64,000 nucleotides of DNA from Octopus sinensis (taxonomy: Eukaryota), in contig NC_043001.1 in assembly GCF_006345805.1 (NCBI RefSeq), positions 27,838,001-27,902,000 on the forward strand, in the 5' to 3' direction. A program made the translations under genes and the position numbers. Below, piece after piece: positions 1-11,281 of this stretch. Position 1 is the stretch's first letter; each line of letters opens with the position of its first letter. A model generated the notes under the pieces. That model searched no databases. It was not told the DNA's origin and worked only from the letters and a program-made list of their open reading frames with translations.

Positions 1-78
1 TATAATCGACTTAATACCTATGTCTGTCCTTGTTTGTCTCCTCTGTGTTTAGCCCATTGTGGGCAATAAAGAAATAAG
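1..78 (+). mobile_element. SINE family A (A1-type tail), 3' end only
   Basis: Matches the A1 tail seen in full copies at 19900-20131 and 25721-25955 (aatcgacttaat...gtccttgtttgtc...gtgggcaataaagaaat). Confidence 0.9.
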
Positions 79-109
79 AATGAATTAAGCTCATACTGCG
101 AGGTATCAC

Positions 110-289
110 TACTCATTTATTACTATTGTTTTGATTTCAATGTGCATTATCATGTAGCTTTGCAATTTCAATGATGTGATTGTTTATTTTTAGAATGTCA
201 TTGTAGGGTTGGTGTGGGAGGCCACATCTGGCCTAAAACAGATAGAATATTTAGGCCAGACATGGCTGTTTTAAAAGCTAAAGGGTTGA
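110..289. mobile_element. Fragment of a piggyBac-like (TTAA) MITE; one terminus only
   Basis: Ends in gctaaagggttga (277-289), resembling the ttaaccctttagc TIR of an abundant octopus MITE as I recall it. The other TIR is not found. Confidence 0.45.
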
Positions 290-587
290 GAGTACTGCAT
301 AGATACAGTGAAAGCTTTCTAGCAACCAGTTCCAAAATCATTAAGATTTCCAGTCTTCTAATTACAAAGTAGAAATCCTTAACCTGCTCCTGTATCATGA
401 ACAGACAATGGCTTTTCTAGGTTTTAGAACAGAGTTAACATCAATGCAATAACATATCTAGGCTAGGGAGATTTTGCTGGTCATTTCCAGTACACCAGTA
501 ATGTCATTCATAAGACCTTGCAGCGGTGGCAGTCCATGGTATTTCCTAATCTTCAGTCTTTCATTAGATGTTTTAAACTATGTAAAA

Positions 588-990
588 GTAGGAGTGGCTG
601 TGTGGTAAGTAGCTTGTTTACCAACCACATGGTTCCGGGTTCAGTCCCACTGCGTGGCACCTTGGGCAAGTGTCTTCTACTATAGCCTTGGGCTGACCAA
701 AGCCTTGTGAGTGGATTTGGTAGACGGAAACTGAAAGAAGCCTGTTGTATATATGTATATATATATGCATGTGCGTGTATGTTTGTGTGTCTGTGTTTGT
801 GCCCCTAGCATTGCTTGACAACCGATGCTGGTGTGTTTATGTCCCCGTCACTTAGCAGTTCGGCAAAAGAGACCGATAGAATAAGTACTGGGCTTACAAA
901 GAATAAGTCCCGGGGTCGAGTTGCTCGATTGAAGGCGGTGCACCAGCATGGCCGCAGTCAAAATGACTGAAACAAGTAAAAAAAAAGAGA
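588..990 (+). mobile_element. SINE family B, full length (tRNA-like head, central microsatellite, gtaaaaga-type tail)
   Basis: A-box-like tggctgtgtggtaag, B-box-like gggttcagtccc, and a ccttgggcaag motif like the start of the CORE domain. About 10 homologous copies in the window. Confidence 0.92.
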
Positions 991-1005
991 GAATATATAA
1001 ATATT

Positions 1006-1940
1006 AGGGCAGTGAACTGGGAGAAATGTTCGCACACTGGACAAAATGCTTAGCGGCATTTTGTCTATCATTATGTAGCGGGTAAAATTGATTGGTAAAC
1101 AATATTATGAAATGTTGGAGTCTGCAGTTGTAATGATAAAAATTTGTTGTTATAATTGCATACTGTAGGATGTGAAAGATGAACAATGCATGAAGTTTTA
1201 AGGAAATATTTATTTACCATTATGTTACAATACCTTGCCTTGATGGGCAGGTTATGATGAATCCAAAAGCATGCGAAGTAAAGTTTGTGTTTGTGTTCTG
1301 CTCATTGTTTAGTAGTAATTACTGAGAGAGATAGAATGATGTTGTAAGAGAACAGAATTAGAGCTAGTGAGAGTTGTAAGGTGTGGGATGTTGTCTCACA
1401 GTTGCTGACAGCAAACTTCATTTCTCCCTCTGCCTGACTTCATTGAGTCCGTCACCATGTGATTGGACTCGTTGAGTCGTCATCGATTGTGATTAACTGA
1501 TTTTTGCTTGGGGTGTGCTTGCTTATGTAACTATCAAGAAGGATAGATATATCATTGAGAACAATAGATTTAGTTGGTGATCTTGTTATCTCAATTCTAG
1601 CTTTTGGTGAAGTAGATGTTAGAAAGGGTCAAGTGGTGAAGACATTATTTCAGCCTGGCTAAAGGCATCTGGAAAATGTAAAACTACTGTCACAGAAAAA
1701 CCATTGTTCCACCGTGGGAAAAGTTCTGTTGCAGTGTTAATTTAAATTTGGCTATGGTGGATCGAATCCACTTAATGCATGCAAGATCCACTACAATTAC
1801 ATTCTGAGTTCAAAGGTTGACTTTGCCTTTCACCATTTTGAGGTTAGTAAAATAAGTACCAGTAAGAGCACTGGTGTCGTTTTAATCGACTTGTCCTCTC
1901 ACCCGGAACTGCTGGCCTTGTGTCAAAATTTGAAACCAAT
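1006..1940 (+). mobile_element. SINE family A (A2-type tail) split by a solo LTR
   Basis: Head at 1006-1073 and body/tail at 1796-1940 rejoin into the family A consensus once 1074-1795 is removed. Confidence 0.85.
1074..1795 (+). mobile_element. Solo LTR, probably Ty3/Gypsy type; strand not established
   Basis: TG...CA ends with short inverted termini (tgtagcgg / ccactaca) and a 4-bp TSD atta (1070-1073, 1796-1799). Its 3' ~300 bp is homologous to 8390-8621 and 20520-20816. Confidence 0.8.
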
Positions 1941-2239
1941 ATATGGGGTTGGCCAATAGTCACCTGACAGTAAATCAAAACCATTTAATTCCAAGATTTA
2001 TGTATGTTTAACAACTGAATGAATTTAATAGAAGCATCTAAATATGAAACGTTATGAAAATTGTTCAAACTGAAGTCCTTCTTGAGCGACACATTTTTCT
2101 ATTCCAGTCAATACAGAATTACAGATAGTATTTATGGAATTTTGATTTGATGTCGGGTGACTTTTGGCCAACCTTGTATATAAATATCTACATGCTTTTA
2201 CATGAGTGTTTGGCTTCTGAATAGATTTAATTTTTGTAT

Positions 2240-2450
2240 CTATATACATCTTTATATATATATCAATATGTATATGTGTATGTATATTTATATACATCAA
2301 GTCTTATCGTGTTTATCTGCATCACTCACTCTGTGTGTGTGTGCGACATACAGTATACACATATACATATGTACACACATACGTATGTGTATATATATAT
2401 ATATATATATTATACACACACACACACACATACACACAAAGACACAGACA
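2240..2450. repeat. Compound (TA)n/(CA)n/(TG)n microsatellite
   Basis: Seen directly. Confidence 0.9.
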
Positions 2451-2854
2451 CCTGCTGTAATCGCCTTTTCATTCCTTTGTCATAATTTCAAATCCTTCCC
2501 AGCTGTCACGTAGTTAAGCACTAATAAACAAAATGAGAACCATTGATTAATTCAACAACCGCTCTTTGAATAAGGTTAGTTCTGCCTCCCAGTCAGATGA
2601 TAGTAGTTAGTAAAACGCTTTTACGAGTTAATAAAAACCTTATACGATTTCTCATGATTATTTATTGTCAACTTTGCATCCATTACTTCGAATCTGAAGC
2701 AAATTATTAAATAGTAATATCACTGTTAATTTAGAGGGCGGTTTTTTTTTGTATCTTAACTGCGGGATTGAAAACTATCTTTGGTGCACATGATCACTCA
2801 AATAGCCTGCGGTATTGTTATCAACTAACGAAGTAACAATTACGTTGCTGTACA

Positions 2855-3018
2855 ACCAGCTAGAGATAACAGCTAAGTCTTATACAAATCACATCCCAAC
2901 TGTGTTAAAAGAGAGAGAAAAGGCTGTCACCTAGATATTCCGAAAATGTAAGGGCCATAGCTAGAATGCTTTGATCATACGTAAGCTCTATCAGGGTGGA
3001 CCGGGGCCTAAACAACAA
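2855..3018 (+). mobile_element. Old interspersed repeat (my family E)
   Basis: The motif c.gctaga.ata.cagc.aa.t.t....caaatcac recurs at 23460-23590, 26488-26660 and inverted at 3145-3290 and 3342-3570. Class unknown. Confidence 0.55.
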
Positions 3019-3144
3019 TACGATTCATATTATTCGAAGAGAAATCTGTTTACATACACGCACGTACACATACGCAATACATCAGAAATTTGAACACTGT
3101 AAATTAGATTATTCCTTCATTCAGATTTGTATGTTGACAGTTGG

Positions 3145-3570
3145 TTGTTTAGCCCAAAGTCAATCCTGGTCTGGCTGTAAACCTATCCTGCATAGAGACT
3201 ACATGGTCAAATAGATATCTTTTTATTAAAACGGTCGGGTGTGATTGGGAGGAATTTGGCTATTTTGAGCAGGTCGAATGACTGCAATGAGTTCCTTCGA
3301 TGGTTCACGTTGATCGTTGAAACTCAAGATAATTTTGGCGGTTGTTTTGTCCCAGGTCAACCTCCTGATTGAGTACTCCATGGACAAAGGCGTTCCAGGC
3401 ACAACCAGGTCGTCTTTTTTTTTTTTTAATCGAAATTCTCATATGAAAACGGAGCCATGACCACCCAACCATTTCCCCAGCTTTAGTATCTCGTGTAAGA
3501 CGGTATTGTATGATTCACTGGAGATTTAACTGTTATTTTTAGTAGGCCGAACGAGCACATAAGGCTCTTG
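3145..3570 (-). mobile_element. Two family E copies in reverse orientation (about 3145-3290 and 3342-3570)
   Basis: Reverse-complement similarity to 2855-3018 (ttgtttagccc..., gtgattgggaggaatttggctattttgagcagg, ggagatttaactgttatttttagtagg). Confidence 0.5.
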
Positions 3571-5965
3571 TAATTTAATGACAGAACTTAAATTTTTGGT
3601 TTAAACTTAAAACTGCACAGAGACGGGAGAGGGGGCAAAATGAGTAATTTCTGATTTCTTATTATTTCCTCTCTACCTGTTTGAAATCATTACATTGCAA
3701 AGTATTGCATTATCATTTTGTACTGTAGTATCATCCCTAGGAGTAAAAATTGGTCAGCATAGTTGTTTTGTTGAAGGTGAGAGAGTTTGGAACATAGATG
3801 ATATATATATTTTTTCAAGAAATTTTCTCTGAACTCGATTGCAACTGAGATTGCTAATGAAAACTATTAACTCTTTATTTATTGATTTATGGCGAAAATG
3901 AATTTCATGCCAATTATGAGCATACAAAACTATACCAATATACCAAATATGAAATCAATTGGAACAAAAATTGGAGAAATTGAAAAGTGGTAGCCAAACA
4001 GAAAAGACCCAATATCTGAATAATTTTTGGTGTTTAACAATCAATATTCTTTTCTCTGTTGGATTCCAAGTCAGTTTTTTTTCCTACACAAATGTCTAAC
4101 TTGATAACCTTTAATCCCCCACCCCGCGAAAGTTAAAAAAAAAAAAAAAGATGGGGCAAAATGGGTAATAACTAATTTCAGTAATTTCTCCTCTACCCGC
4201 ATAGGGAAGAGAACCACTCCCAAAAAAGCTATAGAGAATGTTGAGTTTTTTGATTTAGTCGAGTTCCGTTAATTTCATATGTACCATTTTTCCATGACAT
4301 CTCTTTCATTTGGCCTAGATATCTTAAATTTTTGTTGCATTTCTCATATTTATGATGGGTAAGGAAGGATATGATGTATATGAGTTTGCTTTCAAATGTA
4401 ATTCTGGAAAACTGAAGAGGCAAATTTACCTTATCTTGGCTTACATATTTAGCTCCAACTAAATTTGTCTTTCATGTGCTGAAAGGGAACGTTGTTAATT
4501 TTCTGAAACAGTGTTTTGAATATGTTCAAATGTTTTAAAGGCATTTAAGGAAGGGCATTCGCGTAAGTTAGCGAACTTTTGTAAAAAAATTTTTTTCTTC
4601 TCAAAGTCAAAGATGCAGTAAAAATTCCTCATTGTGCACTCCCACCACCTCAGCATTACCATCTCTTAATTTATGCAAATTACCGAAAAATGTGTTTGAC
4701 AGTTATATTGCGGGAAGGAAAAAAGGCAGTACTGTATCAGAAACATCGGTTTTCTATTTTAAAGCTAAACAAATTACAAACTGACCAGTTCGGTTTATTG
4801 GTAAGCATTACACACACAGTAAATGAACAGACAAGTTTTAATTGCAAGTAAAAAGGAAACAAATCCTTTAGGGACAATCGTCTGAAGTTCAACAAATGTG
4901 CATGTTTTGTTTTCGGTTTATTGTTTATATTCAGAGGAAGAAAATTATCGTAAGTGCCGAACGTGAAACTCCCTGGTTACCTTTCGTTTGATGACGTTCA
5001 AAATACTGGATGCTAAACGATTTGTATAGTAGTATTACCTTTTCACATTGATAAAGAATATTGTCAATTAGGATAATGTCTGGGATTTGTTTATCTATTT
5101 GTGCAATGATCAGGAACAAGTTATTGGATGGTTAAAAATATAATGGACTTCTTTTCGTTTATGTATTTGTTTTGCAAGTTTCCTGGTGTGAAATCGTGTT
5201 GTAACAGATATTGCTATATTTGTGGGTATGATTATACATAGGTTTTGTGCGTGTGGTTAAATGGCATAAAAATAAGACCATCCCCAAATATAACAACATA
5301 GAACCTTTTTTCTTGGAGTAAAAATTTTTTTTTTTTAATCAAGAAAACCGCCATCCACACATTCGAAAACACATCTTTGGGCGCAAAATTGCATTAAAAA
5401 ATATGCGTTATTAAGAAAGTTATGAGGAAGCGAAGTCGTCGTCGGAGTTATATCGAACTTGTAGAACTACGAAAATGGACAAGTGCCAAATAACATTTGT
5501 TGTACAAGTTCAATTTGTGTGCTACCGAAGGTTATTTCATGTATTTTCTTTGATAGACTTTAAGAAAGTTTCCACAAAATAAACTGAGAGCATTGGTTTT
5601 CTTCGCAAGGCCTTCATAGATACATGATTACTTCAAACAAACATCTATTAAGGCGATCCAGTTGTGACAGATCTTAAGTTTTACTGTCAAAATATTTTTT
5701 TTACCAACCTAAATAAATGAAAACATTTTTTTGATATGGAAACTAATAAATATACTTTTAAAAACTTAAACGATCAACTTCACAAAAATATCTTCAGGAG
5801 AAATACTAACATTTTCCCTCGAATAGCCTATATTAATAATTAACAAACGTGAGTTAGCCATTATTAGACTGAGTCGTAAAAACTTAAGGATTAGTCTAAT
5901 TCTAATGAAGTGGAACATATTAAACTAGTTAATTTAGAAATAACTTTTCATAATAGATTACTTAC

Positions 5966-6055
5966 AGTTCGTCCCATATCTGCATCACTATAGTAGCTGG
6001 GTCTCGAGTCTTCGGGCACATTGCCGGCCAACAACCTCGTATTATCGTCAGGCAT
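5966..6055 (-). CDS. Probable first coding exon of a minus-strand host gene continuing off the left edge: MPDDNTRLLAGNVPEDSRPSYYSDADMGRT
   Basis: Acceptor gtagtttctacAG (AG = 6058-6057), exon 6056-5966 (91 nt), ATG at 6055, 30 open codons, perfect GTAAGT donor (5965-5960). GC-richer than its flanks and non-repetitive. Product not recognised. Confidence 0.55.
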
Positions 6056-6245
6056 TCTGTAGAAACTACGAATCTGTTTCACCGAGGATTAATCCAAATT
6101 GTATATTATTAATAAATATAGTGGTATAAGTATTTGATAAGTAACTTAAGATGGACGTTTTCTGTTTTAAAAAAAGGCCCAATTGCAACAGGCGAGATGG
6201 GCGAAAAACAGACGAACATAAACAATAATATAAATGTCTGAATTA

Positions 6246-6417
6246 GCTCACAAGTTGCTCACTCTATAATTCAGCTGACAAGGAAGACTAAGAATTGACA
6301 GTAAATACCAGGGGCGGTGGCGGCGGGCAGCAGTAGTAACAGCCTTTAATGATATCGTCTGCGTCAGTAATTAATAACAAACTTTTTAAATAATGACCGT
6401 GAAATGTTTCCACGTGG
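6246..6417 (-). promoter_or_regulatory. Candidate promoter / non-coding first exon of the minus-strand gene
   Basis: GC box ggggcgg (6311-6317) in a local GC-rich patch, E-box ccacgtgg (6410-6417), palindrome tcagctga, and two GTGAGC donors on the minus strand (6246-6251, 6257-6262) about 200 nt upstream of the exon acceptor. Confidence 0.35.
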
Positions 6418-6651
6418 TGTGTTGGCTTTGTGAAGTATTTTATTCTTTCAACAATACCCTTACATGTCAGGTGATTCTCAGATGTGGGATGCAAAATAGC
6501 GGGTGCTTTGTAATAGAGGTAGGTAAGTATGTAGTGCTGTAGCAAACTCAAAGATACACTACATCACCATTAATTTCACACACTCACACTCAACTTGTTC
6601 ATACAAACGAAAAGAAGTGGTTCTCATATATAATAAGTAAGGTTAAATATA

Positions 6652-7920
6652 CGAGGTTTGTACCGAAAGTAATGCAGAAGTGGAGATAACTTTTTTTTAT
6701 TAACGAACACAGATCATCCAAACTGCGCATGTTGGTAGAATAATTCGTTCTCTCTATATAGTAATTATTTTTCTTGTTCTTCTTCATTGCAGGTCCCAAG
6801 CAGAAGCAATGTGCCATCACTGACTTCATATTGAAAGAGGGATGCAAACTGTCCGACATCCACGTAAGCCCAAATGTTGTTTACGGAACTAACACCATTG
6901 AAAAAGAGCAATGTGCACAGATGGATGAAGAAGCTTAAAGAAGGGGAAACCAGCATTGAAGACAATTCACGCAACGCGAGACCATTAAATGCTACTACTG
7001 ACCTACTAACATGAATAGCCAGTGAATGGAAGAATTGATTCTTGCGGACAAACGAATCACAATGTCGTAGGTAGTGAGGAAATGACTGGGCAATTCGTCC
7101 CGTGCGGCGCTTTTATGGGGGCGACACTTTAGTGTCTGCTCTATAAACCTGTATAGGGGACGGAGTTGGGATGGCAAACTCATGGGCTGCCCCAAGTGGT
7201 ACACACTCTAGCTGCGCCATTGAGTCACAATCCGTGAGTTGGCTACTTAACTAAACTGTGATCACAGTGCATTGCAGAAGATGGCAGAAGACTTTGGGAA
7301 CCGGAAAGTGTGTGCAATGTTGGCACGTCGGCAGCTGGCACTCGATTTGAATGAGAAAAGGATGGGAGTTTATTCTGATCTACTAAAAGCGATTGATGCC
7401 AATGCAGATACCATTCTCTCTTCAATTTGGTGACAAGGGGTGAAATGTAGTCACATCTTTATGATTCAGAAACGATGGTTCGGTCCATAGAATAGCACCA
7501 TATCTCTTCTCCAAGTTCATAAACCAGCGATTGACTGAGAAAGACACAGTGACTAGTTTTGAGAAATGATAAAATGTCATTCACCTTGATTGCTGTACAT
7601 TGAGACACCCAAAAGCCATTAAAAGGAAAAGACTGTACAAGAATTTTGAAGTAATCCCCATTCTCCATGACAATGCGCGACTGAACACTTGTTTGATAAC
7701 GAATCAGGCAATCGGAAAAGCGGGCTAGTCAGTGGCCCCCTATTCATCGTACTGCCCAGATCTGGCACCCGTCTGTCCCCGAAGATTGTCCAATGAATGA
7801 CAGTTTTGGGGGACAATGATTTGATGAAACAGACGAGCTAAAGTGTTTGCAAAGAAGTGGATATAACAATGCACACCTCCATTAACCTTTCAACTAGTTA
7901 CTGATTTAATCAGTTATGAT
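6652..7920 (+). mobile_element. Decayed mariner (Tc1/mariner, DD34D type) transposon; right TIR missing
   Basis: TA + cgaggtttgtaccgaaagtaatgc mariner-type left TIR, followed by a fragmented transposase. Confidence 0.88.
6798..7860 (+). pseudogene. Mariner transposase pseudogene
   Basis: Frameshifted segments AITDFILKEGCKLSDIH, KSNVHRWMKKLKEGETSIEDNSRNARP, RKVCAM..RQL, LHDNAR and YSSYCPDLAP (YSPDLAP motif). Many stops and a foreign insertion at about 7085-7255. Confidence 0.88.
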
Positions 7921-7964
7921 GATATAACCATCCTTTACGACCTACTGTAAAAACGTGATATATA

Positions 7965-8621
7965 TGTAACGGTTGTTGTTAAGGTGTTGGTTGCCAGTGA
8001 TTGAAGTTGTAACGATATTTATTTACCGTTACTTTGCATATATCCAAAACCATGACGGGTTGGTAAGTATAAGTAGTAAATGGAAAAATATGCGAGGTAA
8101 AGAGTTAATTTCGGTCAGTATGTGTGTACACGATCTCATAGTAGTATGTATAGAGAGATATGGTAATGTTACCGAGAAAAGAAAGTGAGTTAGTGTGAGA
8201 GTGATGGGACCAAACAACTGCTTCGTTGGTGAGTTACCATAGTTGTCTCTTTGTGCCGTTTCTTTCAGAGACGGCGTTTTGTTCAGCCGGTCAGCCAGAC
8301 TCGGTTTTCACTAATTGACTTTGGCTTACGGAATTCTTGTTTTTATAACTATCCAAAACCAGCAAGAAGGATAGACATATTGTTGAGAACAATAGATTTC
8401 GTTGGCGGTCTTTTATCTCTATTCTAGCTTTTGGTGGCCTAGAAGAGGTTAGAAGGATCAAGTGGCAAAAACATTATTCTGCTTAGCTAAGGCATCTGGC
8501 AAATGTAACTGCTGCCACAGAAAAACTATTGTTCTACCATGAGAAAAGTGCTGTTGAACTGTTAAGTGAAATTTGACTATCGAGGATCGAATCCACGCCG
8601 TGCCTGCATGAAGCCACTACA
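7965..8621 (+). mobile_element. LTR-like element related to 1074-1795; no TSD
   Basis: Starts tgtaacgg, ends ccactaca, and shares the 3' ~230 bp with the other two copies. Flanks tata / tcac do not match. Confidence 0.7.
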
Positions 8622-9069
8622 TCACTCCCCCTACAGAGAGGTTTCTTCCTCCAGTCATAAAAGCTGCATTTTCTTTTATATATAAGTAACTGACTGGAGG
8701 AAGAAAGTAAAGCGTACCTTTAGGAGTAAGTATACACAGTACATATTCTTTTAGGCATCTGGAGAAATGGAACCGTACCACTGTTTCACAGCACGTCTAG
8801 AGATGAAGATGAAATCACCACACGCTTTAAGATACAGTGCTCAGTAGAAGAATTTACCAAATCATATTCTGGAAGGTCTGGATCGTGATGCTTGAACATG
8901 TTGCCTACAACAATGGGCAGTAGACTTAATATGTTGCTCAGTTTAACACCACCAGGATGCATTTGACGGGGTTTGCTCTGTTCCAAGCATTCGGGCTTGG
9001 ACTTCTTCCTTCCTTGCCACTAGTCTAGAGAAGGGTCATAGGCATTGCCTTCCTTTTTGCATGATAATC

Positions 9070-9640
9070 ACAACGTCTGCAAAATAAATATTAGGAGAGT
9101 AAAGTGTGTTGTGAAGCATCTCAAGGCTTTTCTATGCATTTATCTTTGAAATTGCAACCTTGGTTTCCGATCTCATGTCAAGGGGATCTCTATAACATTG
9201 TAAAGTTTTCTTATCTGTGATGTTTTAATCAAGATGCTGCGGAAAGTAACATTCTTGTAGATAAAACTATCTTATTTTATGCTTGCTCTGCTTTCAATTG
9301 CGCACTATACAAGATCACAACAAAACCTCTTCCCAAACTCTCCTTCTTAACAGCAGCTATCTTACCTCTACTAATACATTATCGCAAACACGAAGACTTC
9401 CTTTGTCATTTCAGTACAACAAAGCAACTGAACTTAATGGCGTTTCTATTGTTAACTAAAAAATTGCCCCCCAACTCCAACGTTAACTTTCTACGGCCAT
9501 TTACCCAATCAATAAAAAAAGGTGACAGTATGTCCGATTTTCAAAGAAACCTCCTGACCTTGCTATTTATCTGACTTCACTTTCAGATGATGGAAACAAC
9601 CATAAGTGTCTTCATTACAGAGAGTTTCTTTCACTTTCTA
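9070..9640 (+). mobile_element. Possible highly decayed Penelope-like remnant
   Basis: Weak resemblance to GIY-YIG C-terminal text (..ELNG) and a degenerate hammerhead-like cagatgatggaaacaacc at about 9584. From recall only. Confidence 0.25.
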
Positions 9641-9885
9641 TCACAATTTCGGTACAATCTGATCTATCGGTGACTTATTCTCCAACATCTCGCCTGAGTA
9701 CTTCTTGGGTCTCCAGAGTTGTGAGTTTCACACAAGTAAAGCCTTCGACCATATCTGACACAAGAATTTATTGCAAAGTAGCCCACCTATGGTGCCTCAT
9801 CATCGATTTATATTTTGAATATGAAGTTTTCTGTAAGTCAGTCGCTCATTGTAACGTGCGGTAATGGAAGTTTCACCATTTCACA

Positions 9886-10093
9886 TTCTCTTTTACTCTT
9901 TTACTTGTTTCAGTCATTTGACTGCGGCCATGCTGGAGCACCGCCTTTAGTTGAGCAAATCAACCCCAGGACTTATTCTTTGTAAACCTAGTATTTATTC
10001 AAGCGGTCTCTTTTGCCGAACCGCTAAGTTACGGGGACGTAAACATACCAACATCGGTTGTCAAGCGATGTTGGGGAAACAAACACAGACACA

Positions 10094-10157
<64 letters not shown>

Positions 10158-10283
10158 TGTATGCACATATACGACGAACTTCTTTCAGTTTCCGTTTACC
10201 AAATCCACTTAAAAGGCTTTGGTCGGCCCGAGGGTATAGTAGAAGACACCTGCCCAAGGTACCACGCAGTGGGCCTGAACCCG
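9886..10283 (-). mobile_element. SINE family B, 5' end replaced by (TA)n
   Basis: Reverse complement of the 588-990 consensus, with a central (CA)n tract. Confidence 0.92.
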
Positions 10284-10285
10284 CC

Positions 10286-10408
<123 letters not shown>

Positions 10409-10410
10409 AT

Positions 10411-11255
10411 CTTATTTGGGTACAAGGCCAGCAATTTTGAGGGTCGGGTATGTCGATTGCCTCGCTCTCAGTACTTGTCTTATCGGCCTCGAAATAATGA
10501 AAGGCAAAGTCGATCGAGGCGGAACCTGAACTTAGAACGTAAAGATGGGCGAAATGCTGCTAAGCATATTGTCCGGCGTGATAACGATTCTGCTTGCTCA
10601 TCGCCTTATAACTAGTTTCAAATTTTGGTACGAGGCCAGAAATTTTGCGAAAAGGGTAAGTCAATTACATCTGATCCAGGGCTCAGGTAGTACTTTTTCA
10701 AGTCCGACAGGAGGAAAAGCATTTGAACTCAGAACGTAAAGTCGGAAGAAATGCCGCTAAGCATTTTTCCTGCGCGGTAACGATTCTGCTAGCTCGTTGC
10801 CTATCACCGGATTAACACTGATTGCAAATTTTGGTAATAAGGCCAGCGATTGAGGCGGAGGGGTTAAGTCTATTACATCGATTTCAGTACCCAACCGGTA
10901 CTTATTTCATCGACCCCGAAATGATGGAAGGCAAAGTCGACCTCAGTCGGATTTGAACTCAGAACATAAAGACAGACGAAATGCCGGTAAACACTTTGCC
11001 CGACGTGCTAACAATTCTGTCAGCTCGTCGCTTTAACATTAGATTCAAATTTTGGCACAAGGCCAGCAATTTCGGGGTGGGGGTAAATCAATTACATCGA
11101 CCCCCAGTGCTCAACTGGTACTTATTTTATCAACCCCGAAAGGATAAAAGGCAAAGTCGACCTCAGTGGAATTTGAACTCAGAACGTAAAGGCGGACGAC
11201 ATGCCACTAAGCATGTGGTCCGGCGTGCTAACGATTCTGCCAGCTCGCATCCTAT
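10411..11255 (-). mobile_element. Four head-to-tail family A (A2-tail) SINE copies
   Basis: Units at about 10411-10608, 10612-10803, 10820-11035 and 11042-11255, each with tgaact(c/t)agaac and a gct..c.tc..cc.ta head on the minus strand. Confidence 0.88.
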
Positions 11256-11281
11256 CTCTACCTTAATACTGGAGGTACATA

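Noticed and set aside
221-266. 15-bp hairpin gcca-ca-tctggcctaaa / tttaggccaga-ca-tggc
   Set aside because: Lies inside the piggyBac-like MITE fragment and is too short for a pre-miRNA.
3620-4540. Two ggggcaaaatg(a/g)gtaat...ctctacc starts ~520 bp apart, MITE-like interior
   Set aside because: No matching inverted end or TSD was found, so it cannot be classified.
7085-7255. Insertion in the mariner containing tagctgcgccattg (hAT-like TIR end)
   Set aside because: Only one terminus is visible and there is no TSD; recorded only as an interruption of the transposase.
8761-9060. Minus frame with WW...C..C spacing suggestive of a Gypsy integrase zinc finger
   Set aside because: Too degenerate; no HHCC or DDE motifs could be aligned with confidence.
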